From positions 1-64,000 of the IMG/VR virus record IMGVR_UViG_3300044694_000083: DNA of 64,000 bases. The stretch is one strand, 5' to 3'. Shown one piece after another: positions 62,683 to 64,000 of the stretch. The DNA is from a virus. Its lineage: Duplodnaviria > Caudoviricetes. The first letter of the stretch is position 1; each line of letters starts with the position of its first letter. The notes under the pieces were generated by a model. The model ran no database searches, had not been told where the DNA came from, and worked only from the letters and a program-made list of their open reading frames with translations. Position numbers and translations under genes: made by a program.

Positions 62683-64000
62683 TGGCGTTCGGGAAGAAGA
62701 AGGCGCCCAAGGTCGACCCGTTTGGCAGCCTCGGCGAGCTGGTGGCGCAGCTCGAGGCGCGCACGGGCTTCCGCGTCGACGTCAGCGGAATCGGCGACAA
62801 GACGTTCATCGAATGGTGCGAGGACCTGGCCGCCAAGGGCCTGAAGGTCGACGGCAAGCCGTTCCGCCTGGACGATCGCCCGGCGCTGCGCCCGATCTAC
62901 GAGGCCATCCCCAGCACGCGCGAGGAGGCCAAGGACGCCATGCTGATCGCCATGAAGGCGACCCAGCTTGGCCTGACGGTGTGGGAGGTGCTGGCCAACA
63001 TCTACATGGCGACGAAGTGGGAGCCGGTTTCGATCGGCATGTTCATGCCGTCGATGACCACGGCCATCCACAAGTCCGAGCACCGTTTTATGCGCATGGT
63101 GCGCTCGGCGCCCGACCTGTACCGCCTGCTGATCAACGGCCGCGACGCCGATGGCAATGCGCAGAAGGTCGGCGAGGGCAACGTGCTAACAAGGAAGGTC
63201 GGCGAGTCGCTGCTGCTGTTCCTCTGGACCACCGGCAAGGTGACGACCGAATCCGTGCCGATGGACGTCGTCACCCTGGACGAGGTTCAGGAGATGGCCC
63301 TGGACCACATCGACAAGGTCCGGGCCCGTATGGGCGATTCCGAGGTGGCTTTCACGCTGATGCTGTCCACGGCCAACATGCCGGACCTGGACATCCACTT
63401 CTGGTACCTGGAAGGCACGCGCGAGGTCTGGCACACCGAATGCCCGCACTGCAAAGCCATGTCCGACCTATCGGACCCGGCCGGAATCTTCCCGGACAAG
63501 TCGATCGGCTACAACACCGGCCAGCACGCCGGCGCGCCGATGAACGAATACGTCTGGACATGCCCGAGCTGCGGCGGCTGGATCCAGGATCCGCAGATCG
63601 GGCGCTACATCGTCACCAATCCGGGCGCCAACCCGAAAATCCGCTCGTTCCTGCTGCCGCGCACCATCTCGCCGAAGATGACGCCGCGGAAGATGATCGA
63701 GGCCTGGCGCCGCGCGAAGACCGGCAACCAGAAAAAGAGCTTCTACAACCGCACGCTGGCGCGCCCGTACATCGACGCCGACCAGCTGCCGGTGACGATG
63801 GCGCACTGCCTGGCCGCCATGGAGGCCGGCATTGCCGCTGGCATCAAGTGGGAGAAGAAGCACGACGGCGCCAGCAGCTATTTCTGCGGCATTGACCAGA
63901 TGGGCGGCTTCAACGCCGTCATCATCAAGAAGCGGCTGCCGAATGGCCGCCAGGCGGTCGTGCACGTCGAGGCGGTATTCGACAACGATCCGTTCGAGCG
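62682..64000 (+). CDS. Terminase large subunit, lambda GpA-like (3' truncated; absent from the ORF track)
   Basis: Manual translation MAFGKKK...MKATQLGLT...LDEVQE...LST...CPHC...CPSC...GIDQ; open to the window end. Confidence 0.85.
   Translation, partial: MAFGKKKAPKVDPFGSLGELVAQLEARTGFRVDVSGIGDKTFIEWCEDLAAKGLKVDGKPFRLDDRPALRPIYEAIPSTREEAKDAMLIAMKATQLGLTVWEVLANIYMATKWEPVSIGMFMPSMTTAIHKSEHRFMRMVRSAPDLYRLLINGRDADGNAQKVGEGNVLTRKVGESLLLFLWTTGKVTTESVPMDVVTLDEVQEMALDHIDKVRARMGDSEVAFTLMLSTANMPDLDIHFWYLEGTREVWHTECPHCKAMSDLSDPAGIFPDKSIGYNTGQHAGAPMNEYVWTCPSCGGWIQDPQIGRYIVTNPGANPKIRSFLLPRTISPKMTPRKMIEAWRRAKTGNQKKSFYNRTLARPYIDADQLPVTMAHCLAAMEAGIAAGIKWEKKHDGASSYFCGIDQMGGFNAVIIKKRLPNGRQAVVHVEAVFDNDPFE

Noticed and set aside
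62813-63895. 360-aa plus-strand ORF
   Set aside because: Out-of-frame overlap of the terminase large subunit, which starts at 62682 and is missing from the track because it has no stop in the window.

Overview
The whole window is a temperate, contractile-tailed (myovirus-type) phage genome segment of high GC; no host chromosomal genes are recognisable. Left to right: a gene following the major capsid gene (off-window); an unusual ~9 kb fibre/adhesin module ending in a fibre-adaptor::head-tail adaptor fusion; neck, sheath, tube, chaperones, tape measure, baseplate, tailspike and tail fibre genes; a lysis cassette; a TraR-like gene; a tyrosine integrase next to an attP-like site (3' half of tRNA-Arg(ACG)); a leftward recombination operon; rightward replication genes (intein-containing SF2 helicase, SSB, primase-NTPase); small early genes with thyA; an iteron/IHF-rich candidate origin; accessory genes; and terminase small and large subunits (the large one runs off the right edge). 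Phage genes flank the att site on both sides, so this looks like the excised or circular form. The SSB resembles Oxalobacteraceae (Massilia-like) proteins, from memory. Most notable: (1) a putative neck-anchored beaded fibre system with enzymatic and adhesin cargo; (2) a phage-specific promoter motif GTCGTGA(C/A)-NN-[-10], supported by three exactly leaderless starts and coupled to RBS-occluding hairpins; (3) a distributed 12-bp operator regulon with no canonical CI in the window; (4) a UCC_UUU_CG +1 frameshift site in the tail chaperone. All protein calls come from motif recognition and synteny, not database searches.
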